Translations under genes and position numbers: made by a program
NCBI RefSeq assembly: GCF_006345805.1
Contig: NW_021832783.1
Location: 1 to 32,834 of the forward strand
Direction: 5' to 3'
Length of the DNA stretch: 32,834 nt
DNA from: Octopus sinensis
Taxonomy: Eukaryota
In this document: positions 21,191 through 31,994 of the stretch, piece after piece
Position numbering within the stretch: position 1 is the first letter of the stretch
Layout: each line of letters begins with the position of its first letter
The notes under the pieces: generated by a model
Database searches by the model: none
What the model was told of the DNA's origin: nothing
Seen by the model: the letters and a program-made list of their open reading frames with translations, nothing else

Positions 21191-21658
21191 AGCTCCTCAG
21201 GATATAAACAATTTTTGGGATCAAAAAAAAAATGAAAACGCATTATATGACGGAGTTATAAAATGTCAATCTATCAAGGAACTAATTTTTTCATTAATGC
21301 AATGGAAGATGGCATTTTTTCAGCATTCCTCCAGAGATATTAAATGAATTTTAATAATTTTAAGAAGTTGACAATGGATCGATAATTCAAAAAGTACAAA
21401 TTCGGAGCGAAAATAACGGATCATTTCCCGACAAGAAGTAAAAACAAATTGTTAAAATGAAATAAGATAAACATCTTTGATTGTAAAATAACAAACGTTA
21501 GTTTTTTTCGTTAATATTGAAAACCCCTCTATCTGGGGAAACCCCTGTTTTTTGGGCAACAATTGCCCCAAAAAGAGTTTAGACTGTATAATAATAGGTG
21601 TTAGGCCATTGCCACATACTAAAAAAAGTGAAAAATGTTATAAATGAATAAAAAAGAA

Positions 21659-22168
21659 TTAATATAATTCTGGTGGAGGTTGCTGATTTTTCTTAATTTT
21701 TGAGTGAGCCATCAAATTCCTTATGTCGAGAAGGACGTCCTTAATCCCACACTTTCTGTTCCAATTCCTCAAGGTGGGGACCTCACTAGTAATAACCTGA
21801 CTAATATAATCAGTTCTAACTTCCCCCGTCTCCATCCTTACACATTTCAAATTGATTTTTGTACGGAATTTGACCAGAGGCGGTTTCTGAGGGTATTTAG
21901 ACCCACATTCGATGGCCAGGGAGTACGTGTTGTCCTCGTAGGCAGACTTGGGAGTCCAATAAGTAGGAAAAACCTTGAAAGGGCCCATGATGATCCCATT
22001 CCAGTGGGTCAGGGTCGTGTCAGAACTGTCACAAAGTCCCCAACTAATTGTCCCGTCTCCAAAACCTTTTTCAGAAAGTTCAAGTTCGTCCAAAAGCTTA
22101 AAGTTCCGAGGTACCTCTGAGGATATGTCAGCATTAGGACTACCAATTGTGCCAAGATTTGATCTCAT
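21659..22168 (-). CDS. UBE2V: Ubiquitin-conjugating enzyme E2 variant (UEV1/MMS2)
   Basis: VPRNFKLLDELE..KGFGDGTISWGL, WNGIIMGP, YSLAIECGSKYPQKPP.VKF.TKIN, QPP. Removing introns 22117-22143, 21947-21973 and 21797-21820 restores the family spacing. Confidence 0.95.
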   Translation of the reverse strand: MRSNLGTIGSPNADISSEVPRNFKLLDELELSEKGFGDGTISWGLCDSSDTTLTHWNGIIMGPFKVFPTYWTPKSAYEDNTYSLAIECGSKYPQKPPLVKFRTKINLKCVRMETGEVRTDYISQVITSEVPTLRNWNRKCGIKDVLLDIRNLMAHSKIKKNQQPPPELY

Positions 22169-22237
22169 GTGAGACAATGAGAACGTACCAACAAGAAACA
22201 AATTATTTATACAATTTATTATAATTAAAAAGTATAT

Positions 22238-23085
22238 TTAAATTAAAGAATATTTAATCCAAAAATCATCTTTAATTATATCACAATTAAGTTCCACAAT
22301 ATTATCCCCATCTTTAACCAAGACAGTCCCCTTCCTATACAGAGTGGCACATCGTTGTAGTTAATCCCAAAATCCGTGAACAAAATCTCATTCTTATCCC
22401 TGGCCAATGTCCCCTACAACTTAAAAATGTCCCCCCACTCGAAGGACCTCTTCACTCTCCCTTCTACTTTTCCCGCCTTGTTGAACCAAGGCCCAGAAGG
22501 CAGTGTTATATAAATTATTAATGTGGCCTAACAGTCAGTATATAACACAACAGTCGGCCTGCCTCCAGGAGAAGTAGTCCCGCACATTGGCACACGTGGG
22601 CAGGCAGATCAGGCGACAGTCGAAGACGGGGGGACGAAGGAGGGTCGCCACCCCGAAATATTCAGGCCAGTGGAAGACGTAGGCCGAACTGAGTGCACTC
22701 ACGAGAGTAGAAATAATTTTACTATTTTATTATATTATTTTACTATTTTTTAAATAAATAAATATATAATAAAAAAACCATTTTCTTCGCTGGAAAAGCT
22801 GGCAATTTCGGTTGAAGAGAAACTGAATTCGTCGCTCGCTCTCCATAGGCAAGGACAATATCTTTGAAGAGGTCGAAGAGGGAGGCTGAGGCACGTGACA
22901 ATAGGGCGAGGGCACGTGGGTCGTTGGGCTTCTGGAAGTTGTGGTCTTCGGAAAATCTGTTTTTTATATGTTTTTGAGGACCTGTGGAAGGACTTGCCGT
23001 CTATTCGGGCTACTATGTAGGTGTTGTATAGACATTTGGGATCTTCTTCGAATTTTTTAACATATTCATATTTGGAACCAGCCAT
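22238..23085 (-). CDS. THG1L: tRNA(His) guanylyltransferase
   Basis: [101 protein letters not shown]. Four introns; one missing base near 22346. Confidence 0.95.
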
Positions 23086-23144
23086 GCACCACAAGAACTT
23101 GAAAATTTAAATTTTGAAAATGTAATAAAATATTTAAATTTGTT
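23086..23144. promoter_or_regulatory. 59-bp AT-rich head-to-head intergenic region (putative bidirectional promoter)
   Basis: Lies between the THG1L ATG (23085, minus) and the MTRFR ATG (23145, plus). Confidence 0.55.
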
Positions 23145-23590
23145 ATGTTGTGTGCACGGCATTTATTATCTAACAATTTTATAATTTCCCTCAATAAAAT
23201 AGCACAAAAATCAAAAATTAAATATCCATTATCAAAGATAATGAAATTGAAATTAAAAAAATAAAAGTTCTGGTCCTGGAGGACAGAACGTAAACCGACG
23301 GAACACCTGCTGTTTTATAAAGCACAAGGACACCGGAATCACAACCAAGGTTATATTTATACCAAAAAACTCGTTTATAGTGTCAAATATCGAGAAGTGC
23401 TTCTTTGAATTTAAAACAGGCCAAATATTTGTTGGCTGAAAAGTTGGATAATTTAAAAAATGGCCCTCAAAGTCTCAAAAATATCGAATATTTTGAAAAA
23501 ATTGAATTTAAAAGACTTAAGAAAGAGCGTAGTCATGAGAGAAGAACGCTTTTAAAGTCATACAAGACACTTATTGACAACCCAAGCTGA
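23145..23590 (+). CDS. MTRFR: Mitochondrial translation release factor in rescue (C12orf65-like), GGQ class
   Basis: SGPGGQNVNRRNTCCFIKHKDTGITTK, then intron 23350-23380, then CQISRSASLNLKQAKYLLAEKLDNLKNGPQS and a basic tail. This aligns with human [57 protein letters not shown]. Two single-base deficits in A-runs (about 23220 and 23263-23266) hide the 5' exon. Confidence 0.85.
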
Positions 23591-23591
23591 A

Positions 23592-23736
23592 TGACGTCAC
23601 TAGAATGTTCTAGAACTTTTCATAAGTGGTTAACCAAACAATTATTTGTTTATTAAATAATGAATAAGTAAAACCATAAAAATACTTAGTCCAATGGGAA
23701 CCCAGGTTTAATGACGTCACTGGAATGTTCTAGAAC
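23592..23736. promoter_or_regulatory. Two copies of a TGACGTCA plus nGAAnnTTCnnGAAn module, 120 bp apart
   Basis: aatgacgtcactagaatgttctagaac (23590-23616) and aatgacgtcactggaatgttctagaac (23710-23736). Function not shown. Confidence 0.4.
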
Positions 23737-23789
23737 CACCAGTGAATGTTGAAAAATTTATTAAAGTTAAAAGTAATTTTGTGGTTAAT

Positions 23790-24434
23790 ATAAACAAAAA
23801 CATTGAAATTAAGCTGATTTTTTTAGCGTGGTTTATGATTCTATTTATGGTTTCAAGAATCTTCGTTTACTAAATTAATTGGCTCAAATAATGAAATAAA
23901 GGCCAATTTGTCATATAATTTGGGAAACAATTCTTTCTCTACTTATGCACCACAAAGAGTCTGTATGCTTAGAAAATTGTTGCTCAGATTAATATTTTAA
24001 ATTAAAATAACGAAATTCACATCCAAAGCTTTAATGGTTTAATCCAAGATAAATCGAGATTAGAAGCATCTTTAATTCTAATTTGTCAATTAGTCTCAAT
24101 AATGATTGCAAAAAAGCTGCACATAATTTTGGGGAAAAGTTAATTAAACCGGCGGCTAATTTTTCTTATTTTTAGGTGTCAGATGGCGAAAGAATTCCCC
24201 ATTTTTAGTAAAACTGCATTGGAATTAATACTTGCATTCCCAACTACTATCACTGTGAAGTGTCCCGTCTGACTTTTCTAAAATGATATGCGAGTAGTTT
24301 TGTCGAACATAGAGCCTGACATAAGTAAAATTATTCACAACAAACAAGATCAGAAATCTCACTGAACTATTTTGATAATTTTCATGTTATTTTTATATAA
24401 TAAATATTCGAACATGTCTAAACCTGCCCCTGAC
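23790..24434 (+). mobile_element. Internally deleted Charlie/ZBED5-type hAT remnant
   Basis: N-terminal piece KKAAHNFGEKLIKPAA is joined to C-terminal KEFPIFSKTALELILAFPTT and EPDISKIIHNKQDQKSH*. The end resembles a hAT TIR (...CCCCTG at 24427-24432). No TSD found. Confidence 0.6.
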
Positions 24435-24490
24435 GAGCCTAACCAAACAATTATTTGTTTATTAAAAAATGAATAAGTAAAATAAAAGGA

Positions 24491-25514
24491 TTAATTTATA
24501 AATTCCAATCCCTCATACTTCGAATCAGCAAATTTAGTCTCTTGGTGCAAAATATTTCCCACCAAGTCAAAAATAAGAAAATACGAAGCCAAAACTCCCG
24601 CCATTTCCTCAGTCTTGACAGCCATAATAACCCTGTCCTCAGAATCCGGCAGAAAACGGAAAGCAGAGAAGCCCCTCGTGCGACACAAATCCCCCACAAT
24701 CACCACATCAACCCTCTCAAAGTCCTCATCCGCAATCAACAAATAATTCCCGCCATTCGATGCTTCTCCCCCCTGCGAATACCCCTCCATACTCACAGCA
24801 CGTGGCAGAAAAAACCAGTGATTGTGCACTTTACTCCACACAACTGCCTCGTGAATCACAAACCCAGGATGTTCAATCAAAAGGCGCGAACTCAAAGCCA
24901 AATATTTTTCCCGCCAATCGACGTGGTGCACTTGTCCATTTTTATTAACAATTTTAATCCACATTGGGAACGAATTTAAAACTGTCCCTGTCGAGTCAGT
25001 GAAGACCTTTCCGTACCCACCGACGTAGAGGAGCCCGTTTTTGACGGTGGACCACTCCCCCTTGAAGGCTGTGGATAAGCCATAGGGGACTTACGGGCAG
25101 GGGAAGACCCGTCTCCGTCAGTCAGTTTGACCCAGACAGCCACAGTGCTATTTTCGGGGAAGATTTGGTAGATAATTCCTGTTTGTCGTCGATGGCCAGG
25201 AGTTTTCCGTGGAAGGTGATCAGGTCGGAAAGTTCCATTCCACGGTTTCTGTGGAGGATTTTTGAACATAGTTTTTGTGGGGAATTTTTAAAGTTGATTG
25301 AAAAAAGTTGGGATTTTGTATCCCAGATTAATATTCCTTCGAGGAATTCGCTGCATGCAGACTGGCCTGGAAGGATTTGGATGTCTCTGTCAGAAACCAT
25401 GGCTAGTTTTTTACGAATTCGACGTTTGTAGGGGATATTGGTCCATAGTTTGTATAATATTAAAGAAATAAGTACTATAAAGAGCATCAATAGGTTCCTC
25501 ATTTGATGGTACAC
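24491..25514 (-). CDS. CANT1: Calcium-activated nucleotidase/apyrase (CANT1, Cimex-type), type II membrane anchor
   Basis: N-terminal hydrophobic anchor, then NRGMELSDL, IDDKTGIIY, GDG, FKGEWSTVK, LYVGGYGK, IHEAVVWS, WFFLPR, RGFSAFRFLP, KTEE, KYEGLEF. One 26-nt intron; one missing A at 25182-25184. Confidence 0.93.
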
Positions 25515-26027
25515 AAGAACATTATTTTTAAATTATTTATTTAATATATATTTTGTTAAAAATAATAATTTAAAATTATTAAGAATATTGAAACATGAAA
25601 ATATTTTAAATTTTAAAATTATGACGGCCATGGGTGGATTCCACCAGACTGTTGGCTTAGAGATAAATTAGAATTTATTTTGAGCCATAAATAATATGAA
25701 CGTCTTATTTGTCATTTTAAACATAAGTGAAGATCCACAAGAATATATTTAATTTTGAATACATAGGTTTGCCACATTAATAAGTAAAAACCAGCGATCC
25801 ATTCAAAACAAATATTACAATATTATCAAAAAAACATATAGCAATAACAAACAATAAATTTTTAAAAAAACGTCGACAACCGGTATAGGCAAAAAAGTCA
25901 ATTACAGGTGATGAGATTGTATACTTCATGCATAAAAATCATCTTTTAAACTTCTTTATTAGACAAAGAAATAACAATTTGAATAACAGAAAGAATATTT
26001 GAGAATTCATGACTAAAAATACAACGT

Positions 26028-26110
26028 TGGTACAGAAGGTCGTTTCGTGTGTGGCACGTGTAGGAATATAACTCTTTTCTGTTTGTCACTACGGAATGTG
26101 CTAAAATAAT
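26028..26110 (-). repeat. About 85-bp dispersed repeat, inverted partner of 31864-31944
   Basis: The reverse complement reads cacattccgtag...gttatattcctacacgtgccacacacgaaacgaccttctgtacca. Confidence 0.8.
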
Positions 26111-27172
26111 AATAATCATATCGGATAGAACAAATACAACATGGTCATGTCTATTTAAAATACTCTTATGTTTTTTTCGGTTTTATTCCACAATTGATAA
26201 ATTCATAATCAAAATAACAACGTCAGGAAGTAAGCGGCCAAGCTCGATCTGCGAGCGCATTTTATGTTTATTGTATAATTCGAGAAGTGAAGGATAGCTA
26301 ATAGTTCCCACAGAATCACCACTGATCCTCAGGAACAGTCATGACGTCTTTTTCTTTCCGAGTGTAGGTAGTCAATCAAGGATATTTGATTTCTTGGCAA
26401 ACACAAACAAAGTGAATATATCTCACTATCTTATTTAGATAAAAGGCAGTTGAGTGTGAGTAGGCAAAGTGGGAGATAGAATATAAAGAGAGAAGCGTAA
26501 ACAACATTGATATGATTATATTGGGCTAAATTGAAAATTCCAGACTATCCATTAGAAAACAGGGACAAACGCACCAATCAGTTTCTCATTCAGAAAATAA
26601 TCAAATGAGACATAGAGTTAGCCACGATAATCTTAGGTGATTTTAGAATTTGATCGAAAGGCAAAGTATAGAAAAAAACTTCAAGAGTTGGGGATTCCGA
26701 GAACAACTTTGGGTTGGCGGTAAGCACACAGAAAGAACGGGAGACCGGCGAACCCAATTTCAGAGGGATCTAGTAAAAAAGGTAAAAATATCATCCGAAA
26801 AAGACTTAAATTATTACTTTCTGAAGAAAATAAATTATAAATTATAATTTTACTTTAAATTATTATTAGAAATGTTAAAACAGAAATTATTTAAATTTAG
26901 TTATATCATAATCTATTTAAATAACTGTAAATATAATGGCAAACCAAATATGTTATAATATTATATTTTGTACTATTGTTACTATCGACATCGTTAATAA
27001 AGTAATTAGTTATTCCAATTTTAAATGGCATATATTTTGAGCATCATTTTTCACCCTTTGAAAATGATGAACAGAAATCAATTATTTTGATATAATTATT
27101 GTTTCTCTTAAACCACAAATATTTGAATTTACTGGGGCTCCCATTGTACTTTAGAAATAATTAATAACCAAA

Positions 27173-30100
27173 ATGGAAACCAAAAATGAAAATCCTCAAA
27201 ACAAAACGAACCTTCATCTCGACAGTCTTATCGAAGAATATTCAAAATTGTGCAAATCTCATGCAGCAGAACGAGACACGTGGATGCAAGAACTTTCAAA
27301 ATTATCTGAGGAAAGTTCTAGAAAACAGTAAAAATTAAATCAGTGTTTATTTTAGGCAAGAACTTAATGAATTAGAACTGAAATGTACTTGTTTGAATAT
27401 GCTGGAAGAATCACTAGAAAAAACAAAACAAGAATTGTCCCAAAGAGATTTCGCGTTTAGAGACCAACGAGAAAAATTTTTGAGTCTACAAAAAGTATTT
27501 TAATAAAAAAATACAAGAATTTTACAATTGGAAATGAAGATACGGTTGCCTTTCTACAGGAAGAAAACACAATTTTACTTCAAGAACAAACAAACATGAA
27601 ATCACAACTCGAAAACAAGGACCGAGAAATAAATTCACTTCGCATACAAGTTGAGACTGTTTTTTAATCAACAAACATGATAGATTGCTAAAAACGAACA
27701 AAAAATCAAAGAATTAGAAGCTTTAAATCAGAAATATATCCACGATTACGAATTTATGTATTCCACATCTAAAAACTATTCCAACGCTCTCGAGAACTTG
27801 CAGGACTCAAAAATTGCTCTTTACACTACGCTCTCTCCACTGTTTGCAACTGCAGACGACAATCGTCTGGAGACCTCCGAAAACTTGGTTAGACAACAAA
27901 AATCTGATTCGGACGTAAAAATAAACATTGATAACCGTTTGATTGATTATAAAACAACTTTATTTAGACACGAGTTTATCTGAGGATGAGAACTTGGAAA
28001 ATCAAAAAATAGAAGAAATCGATTTTCCAATCAAGTTTAAACATGGACTTAAAAAATCGATTTTAGAGATTTCGAGAAATTTGAACAACCTGAACATGAG
28101 ATGTCCTATCAGTCCGAACCTGTATTTTACATAGCTCTTAAAATCTTTAGTGCACTGCAGAAGGTGTTCCTGGAATTGTTATTGAATGTGAGTTGGACAG
28201 TTTGGGTGAACTTGGTCCTGAAAATATAGGAGAGACTTTCGAAAACTTGAAACCAGAAGTTTGAATCGTCAAATGTTATGATTTTCAGAATTCTGGAATC
28301 AGAAAGGCTAAAAAAGTGACATTTGATTCAGAATCTACGGACGACGAGACTGTCCGACTCGAGGCGGTCATCCGGGGCAAGGATATGGTCAATGACGCTT
28401 TAAAAACACAAATTCGAGAATTGGAAAAAAAATTATCAAAATATCCCGAAAGACAAACAGAAATACAAAATGTAATATTGTTGTATTAAAAAATAGAATT
28501 TCGACAATTTTTCGGACCAAGTTATGACTGAAGAAATACAAACCGCAAATAAACCAGAAAAAGACTATTTCAACGTTGAAAATGAAATCAATGAAGAAAT
28601 CATTCTTCAAGCCAACAACCAAGAAATTATTTCTTCTGAAGAACATCAAGAATTGGTAGATGACCTGTCTAATCGACTTTACTTAACTCAAATGGAACTC
28701 CAAGTATGTCTAGATATATAATTGGTAGAATTTGAAAGACGACTATGCCGACGCTTTGTATATGATTTCTGATTTGAATGCTCAAACTGAAATCTCAGAG
28801 TCTAATTGGCAGGCAAGAATGACAGATTTGAAGGAAAATATGCTTTTTTATGAACAGGAGATTAATGTAAAATAAAAACTAATATTTTTAGAATCTGAAG
28901 GATTGTATTCAAAAAAATAATGATATATATAATGACAAAATTAACGAAAAAGAACAAGAAAATCAAGTAAAATTATACTTGTGTGATTATTAAGAATATT
29001 CTTGAACAATGTTCAATCCTTAAAAGAGAATTAAACGAATTGATAAAAAGAAACAAATTTGAGAACGAGGAGATTGCGAATGAAAAGGACTCCCAGATTA
29101 GAGTAGACAAATTGAATCAAATTTAGGAATTGCAAACCGCTTTTTCCAGCGCAAAAGAAATCACAGAAAAATTGGAAATAGAAAAAGATGAAAATCAAGT
29201 AAAATAACAAAGCTTATTTTATTAGAAACTAAAGTATCATATTGACGCAATCATGACAGATTACAACAACGTCAAAATTCTAAACGAATCTCTTAGTTGT
29301 GAAGTAATGAACTTGAAACAAGAACTCAACAACAAAACTGAAAAACTTGAAGTACTTCATTTTTACTATTTTTTAAGGAATTACAAAAATTGGAAAATTC
29401 TGATATGAGAACAAATAAAGAGGAGTTGAATTTGGGTATTCGTAGGTTTATTGGATTTTAGACTGCCAGGAATTTAACGGACAGTTGGACGGGCTAATCG
29501 TGTCTCAGAGGGAAATGAAGAACGAGTTAGTTGACTTAAAAAACAAATTAAAGTTCAAAAATGAAGAAATATATGTATTTTTTGCATAGAAACTGAATTT
29601 TAGGATTTATGTCAAATGTCAGGATTTTTAGACAGCGAATCTGAAAAACTTGCCAAATCAAGGAGCCTTCTTCAGGAAGAAATAATCAAAGTTCAAAATG
29701 AAATCGAAAACAGCCAAACTCGATTTGAAATAACCAGAAAAGATTTTACAAGCGCAGGAGAAAACAAATACAACTTTGAAAACGAACCATCTCTCCAAGC
29801 AAATTTTGTAAACGAAACACCCTGTAAAGAAGCGATTCGCAATCAGGACTATTTGGTGAGTTTTTTGTGAGGTTGAGATGTTAGAACGTCTCAAATGAGC
29901 TGAACTTGGCTAAAAACGAATTGAAAATATTGAAGGGAGAGGTTGATTCACAAGAATTAAAATGTGGCAAATATGAGATTATTTTGAAAGAAAAAGAAGC
30001 AAAAATAATCGTTTTTTATTTAATAATAGTTTTAAAGGCTTTGGAAAATGAAATATCTCGTATGGGCGAAAAACTAAAAGCCGAGACAAAACTCAAAGTA

Positions 30101-31424
30101 CTGGAATCGGAAAAATTAAATCGTAAAAGTAATCAAAATGAAGTAGAAGTTTTTATTTTTATTATTTAAGGATTTGCAAAAATACTTGAAAGTACTCATG
30201 AAAGATTCTGATAACCTAAAAATGTCTTTGGAATCTAAAAATTATGAGATCAAAAATTTGGAATCAGAATTGGAAGAGAAAAACAAGAAAATGAAAGTAA
30301 TTTTAGTTATTTTTATTTAAAGGAGTTTGACACCCTCAAAGCCTCTAATTACATGTTGGAGGAAGAAAAGTGTCGCCTTCAAACCAGTAAAAATAAAAAT
30401 TTATTTTATTAAGCTTGCGATAACTTTAGCAGTCAACTGGATGGACTCATATCTTCCCACAAAACAATGAAATTAGAGTTGATTAGCTTAAAAAATGAAC
30501 TCAACACAAAAAACGAGGAAATATATGTACAAAACGCTATAAAAATGTTTTAGAATTTATGCCAAATGTCAGGACTTTTGAATGACGAATCCGACAAGTT
30601 GACCACCTCAAAGGATCTCCTCAAGGACGAACTGGTTAAAGTCAGACAGGAAATTGAACTTAGCCGATTCCGTGGAAATAAAGAAATTCCAGAAGAAATA
30701 AACACGGATTTGACATTTGATCAAAATTTGGGTAGTTTTTTTTGTTTATCTTATGTTAGAAAATAATTGGTCAGCTTCAAAACCGCCCTTCCAAGCAATG
30801 TGGCTAAAGGACGAGAGCAGTGCTGTAATCAAGTATTTGGATGTTATATCTAAGTTGGAAGGGGACAACGAGGTTTGTTTTTAAGTTAGCTTGTTGTAGA
30901 AATTGAGATTTGATATTGAAAATGCGACTAATCAACATAAGGCATCTAGTTTTGTTGATTTTTTGTAGAAAAATGTTGATAATTTGAATAATCAAGTGCA
31001 AGATCTACAAAATATTGTGAAAAATAAAGAAAAGGAGGTCGAATTATTATCGAAACGTCAAAAAGAAACAGAATCGAGTGAAATGATTAGCATGAAGGGA
31101 GACGACCAGTCCATAATCGACAAGATTCTGAATCAGTCGACAGAATTTTTGAAGGGAAGTAAAAGGGTTTGGGCAGGGATTTGATTTTTTAGGAATCATT
31201 GGCAGGAAGTATTGGAATTTCACTTAATGAAGTTTTAATTTATCATATATAATTTTAGGGCAGTTTAAATAAAAAATTAAATATCTCTTTGGATAAGCCA
31301 ATTATCATGGCTAGCTTAAATGATGGTAAACCTAAATCAAATGTGGCGGGAAAACAAAAAACTGGAAGCAACTTTGCTTATTCTACGAGGTATGTCTTTT
31401 TTATGTTTACTGATCAGTTTTTAA
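27173..31424 (+). CDS. Long coiled-coil protein of unknown identity, about 20 or more short introns, with an internal repeat
   Basis: ATG at 27173. Successive E/K/L-rich exons are joined by 23-30-nt GT-AG introns, and the ORF-track pieces at 27756, 28524, 29616, 29906, 30566, 30984 and 31289 are its exons. The exact exon path and the stop at 31422-31424 are tentative. Confidence 0.75.
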
Positions 31425-31863
31425 GAGAATTTACTAATTTAATTTCAGTTTGTTTGGCTAATACAAAAATTTTGTAATAATATTGAATTCAGAATTTATA
31501 TTTTATTTAGACAGATATTTAATAAATATAATAAATTAAATAAGACGCGTGATATTGGTGATCTTTCTGGTACATCGTTGAGTTAAAATTCCAGATTCCC
31601 TCCAATAATTTTTTTTCCATTTGAAACAAAATAATTTACGTGACCCGGATTTGAATCAGATGCATTGTCTTTACATAATTTCTCATTATATTCAGATAAA
31701 CATGTGTTTGTAAATGTACTATTTGATAAAATGTTAAATCGCATTGACTCGAATAGAACCTAAACTGTTATTATTCAATTATACCTCATTCCTTATTTCA
31801 AAATCATATTTTTGTGTACTCTCATTTTTTATTTATTCTTTTAAAATAAGATGAATTCATGCC

Positions 31864-31944
31864 TATTATTATAACACATTCCGTAGGAACATAAACAAAG
31901 TTATAATCCCACACGTGTCACAAGCGAAACAATCTTCTGGACCA
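31864..31944 (+). repeat. About 85-bp dispersed repeat, inverted partner of 26028-26110
   Basis: cacattccgtag...gttataatcccacacgtgtcacaagcgaaacaatcttctggacca. Confidence 0.8.
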
Positions 31945-31994
31945 TCCTCGTCCATGCTTCTCTGTTGCGGACGAGATCCCGCAAAGATTATAGG

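Noticed and set aside
21520-21575. Two short palindromes (CCCCTCTATCTGGGG and TTTTGGGCAACAATTGCCCCAAAA) as a Helitron end or terminator
   Set aside because: No CTRR terminus at the expected distance and no matching 5' end.
21704-22120. Long plus-strand ORFs antisense to UBE2V, and similar shadow ORFs over CANT1, EXOC7 and the CRE elements
   Set aside because: Expected antisense open frames over GC-richer coding sequence, with no recognisable motifs.
25620-26830. Possible intron-rich membrane-protein gene on the minus strand
   Set aside because: Hydrophobic stretches exist, but I could not assemble a consistent exon chain or recognise a family, and a dispersed repeat interrupts the region.
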